Source: Selaginella moellendorffii | Lineage: Eukaryota > Plantae > Lycopodiophyta | Length of the DNA stretch: 64,000 nt | Direction: 5' to 3' | Assembly (NCBI RefSeq): GCF_000143415.4 | Contig: NW_003314385.1 | Coordinates: 91,296-155,295 of the forward strand | In this document: positions 61,271-64,000 of the stretch, piece by piece | Position numbering within the stretch: the first letter of the stretch is position 1 | Layout: each line of letters starts with the position of its first letter | Program-made: the position numbers and the translations under genes | The notes under the pieces: model-generated | Seen by the model: the letters and a program-made list of their open reading frames with translations, nothing else | Database searches by the model: none | Told to the model about the DNA's origin: nothing

Positions 61271-62270
61271 TGAGAGGGTGAAAGCCCAAAGCGTTCGTCT
61301 CCCAGACCCTAGGGGGTTTGGTGAGCTCCAAAAGTATAGTAGGGGGGAGGACTGCAGTGGAGCCAGTTTGGCCAGGAAAGGCCAGTTTGGCCCAGGAAAG
61401 CCAGACTCAGTGTTGGGTGATAAACTGACCACTGGGAAGTCCAAGACTAGAGTGAATACGGACCGACAAGTAGGGTAGCTTGGTGAAGTGTTCAAGGGCC
61501 GGCTCTAGTTCCCCCGGGAGATCGACTGGCCGATGCTCCTAGTCCAAGTGTGGGTGGCACTACCTACTTGGATACCAGGCGTGGCTCAACGGAACCTCGC
61601 TCTAAGCCCATGGCTAGAGCACCTAAAGGCGAAAGGTGGGGAGAGTACCCAGGTGGCTCGCGTAAGGCCACGGTGTTCCGAAATGTTGTCCCAAAGGCCC
61701 AAACTGTGGAAAGGAAGAGGAGCAGTCCTCTAAGGTAGTGACCAAGGACACAGTCGTGTGGTGAGGAAGTCCCAAAGGACCGTGGGACTTAGTGGTCGGG
61801 CCTGTGGGCCTCGATCCAGTGGTAGTGTTGGTGAACACGGCCATAGGCAGAAAGGGACTTGGTGGGGACTACAAAAGGGATATTGGGGAAGGTTATTCCC
61901 CACGTCTGCAGGCATCCTAAGGATGCTAAGGAGTGGATCTGGAATGATCACTCATGGACGGATGGTCCAGTCCTTGAGAGACGGGATTGTGATGCAGGTG
62001 GTGTTAGACCACCGGTATGACCAAGGTAAAGGGGCATGGCCTTAGCGTAACGGGCTAGTATGTCGGTGGTACCTTGGGGTGTCGGTCTTGGGACCGGACA
62101 CGTGGAGCACTTGGACTAAGTGCAAGGGATGAGTGGCATGGATGCCAATCTCGGGACTAGCAAGTCCCAAGTCCTGAATTGGCCTTAAGGAGGTTGTGAG
62201 TGAGACTCCTCCAAGTGGTTGAAGGTGTGGTTAAGTGACTAAAGTAGAATGGAAAAATTAGTCGCTTACA

Positions 62271-64000
62271 TAATGGTGCCATGCATATCTCCACCTTGTG
62301 ATGAAATTTAATGTCCATTGCCAAGATATGTGATCCAAATGCAATGGTAGTCTTTGATGCAAAGGGAGTCTCTTTGGTTGACTTTAGCAACTTTCATATG
62401 CTTGGTACACAATTGCCATGTGGGTCACATATTAGGGACTTGTATAAGATCACTGTTGCTAACCAGGTTTAGGCCTTTCAAACCGTGGAGGCAGATTCTT
62501 GTATAAAGCTTTGGCACAAGAGATTTGGTCATGTCCATTACCAATCTTTTCAACGGATGAAATCCTAAGATATTGTTACTAGATTGGATTTTCAATGTAT
62601 CCCATCTACATTTTGTGAAGCTTATGTTTTAGGCAAGTATCACCAAAATTTCTCACCCAGCAAGCATCGAGCAATTGGACTTTTGGACTTGGTCCATTCT
62701 GATATTTGTGGCCCTATGGACGTACTAAGCCATGATGGTGCAAGATATTTCATCACAATCATTGATGACTATAGCTGTCAGACATGCATCCACTTCTTGA
62801 TACATAAGAGTGATGTAGTTGCTACATTTCAAATGTACAAGGCTTATGTTAAAAATTTCCTTGGTTGAAAGATAAAAGTTTTTTGAGTTGATAGTGGTAG
62901 TGAATACCTCAACAATGAGCTTTAGGGCATCTGTCGTGATGTAAGCATACAATTGCAAGCCACAACCCACTACACCCCCCAGTAAAATGGTGTTGCAGAA
63001 AGGAAGAATCACACTTTTGTCAATGTTACTTGTGCTTTGTTATCTGATGCACATCTTAACAAGATGTTTTGGCAAAAGGCCATAGCCACAACAATGCATA
63101 TCCAAAATCGCCCTGCTATAACTGCTTTGGACGCCTCCATCCCTAATGTGCTTTGGATGGGTTCTACTCTTGATATGTCCCACTTTCGGGTCTTTGGTTG
63201 TGTAACATATGTGCTACCTCTAATCAACTTTAGAAAAGCTAGATCCCAAAAGTAAAAAATTTATCTTCATGGGATATGCACAGGACTATACCATTGGGAG
63301 AAAAGTTTACAAGTTGTGGGATCTTGCATCTCACAAGGCCCTTGTAAGCATAGATGTCATGTTCAATGAGGATGACTTTCCCATATGTATAGAAGCTCTT
63401 CAAAATCCTTCTTTCATTGTTAAGACTCAACTTATTCCTTTGATCTCACTTATGGGATATGGTCCACTCTTGCCTTTGCTTTTAAATCCGATTCATGAGT
63501 TGCCACTAGAGATTCCACTGGGGAATCCTCCACTTCTTGACATGCTTGAACCAGCTGATGCTCCTCCAGTCAAGGACAAGCCTTCGACACCTCCACCACC
63601 TTGTCGACGTCGTGGCATGCTTGACCCAATACTAGTTCTTGATCACCATCAAGAACATCGGCCCTCATTGAAAGTCCAGGAAAATGCTGAAACAAATGGT
63701 GTAGAGCTTGATGACTTTCATGGCCTAGTTGATGTTGGCATCCCCATAACCTATGATGAGGCTATCTCAAGATCTGAGGCTCCATCTTGAATGGAAGCTA
63801 TTGCAGAAGAAGTTGCTTCCATTTAGATTAACGAATATATTCCAGTTGATTCAGTGCCACCAGAACGACATATTTTGGATCCAAAATGTTATTTTCAAAA
63901 AGTATGGGAAAGATGGTCAGGTTATATGTTATAAGGCACAATTGGTTGTTTGTGGATTTTGCCAAGTCCATGGCCTTGACTACAATAAAACATTCTCACC
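62271..64000 (+). mobile_element. Decayed Ty1/Copia element, continuation (pre-integrase, integrase, start of RT)
   Basis: NLMSIAKI, LWHKRFGH, LDLVHSDICGPM, YFITIIDDYS, NGVAERKNHT, HFRVFGC, FMGYAQ..YKLWD, PITYDEAI; many stops and frameshifts. Confidence 0.9.

Larger units (their letters stand above)
46783..62270 (+). mobile_element. Non-autonomous LTR retrotransposon A (LARD-like): 5' LTR 46783-48034 + 55940-56414, internal 56415-60489, 3' LTR 60490-62270
   Basis: TG..CA termini, TSD TAATG (46778-82 and 62271-75), PBS TGGTATCGGAGC at 56418, PPT-like ATGGGTGGTGGAGT before 60490, no gag/pol ORF recognised. Confidence 0.92.

Noticed and set aside
46800-61495. Many 250-400 aa ORFs in the LTRs (RS-, GL-, SDSI-, WSPR-rich)
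   Set aside because: Artefacts of stop-free 6/11/12-bp tandem repeats open in nearly all frames; not SR proteins.
48035-62270. Retrozyme (hammerhead ribozyme in LTR element)
   Set aside because: No conserved CUGANGA...GAAA core seen in LTRs or core; CTGAGTGA in A is not conserved in B.

Overview
Gene-dense land-plant nuclear DNA. Very short (~50-70 bp) introns, tiny intergenic gaps and the PPR type suggest a lycophyte such as Selaginella (inference). Bases 1-45.5 kb hold about 20 genes: UGGT 3' end, PUX2, a BUB1/MadBub kinase, Pol III subunit RPC3, a P5A ATPase, a stand-alone GRXS17-like Trx domain, a SYP1 syntaxin, an ABCG22-like transporter, a TPR-SET protein, an LRX-type LRR/C-type-lectin fusion, DUF3593, a WNK kinase, CYP97C1, the mycorrhizal transporter STR, PsaD, CTNNBL1, a frameshifted BLE2/ARM-like gene, a PPR, PsbP and a UGT. 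An AT-rich decayed stretch lies at ~35-40.7 kb. From ~45.7 kb to the end there is a three-level retrotransposon nest. A decayed Copia is interrupted (TSD TAATG) by non-coding LTR element A, and A's 5' LTR is interrupted in reverse orientation (TSD TCGGG) by a very young sister element B. Top leads: (1) an apparently intact secreted protein with (HHPPGVG)6 + LRX LRR domain + Pro-rich linker + EPN-type C-type lectin domain; (2) a non-coding LARD-like family whose internal region is a structure-conserved RNA with twin tRNA T-arm/B-box hairpins; (3) P1BS/CTTC/AW-box motifs upstream of STR and several neighbours. All homology calls are from recalled family motifs, not database searches.
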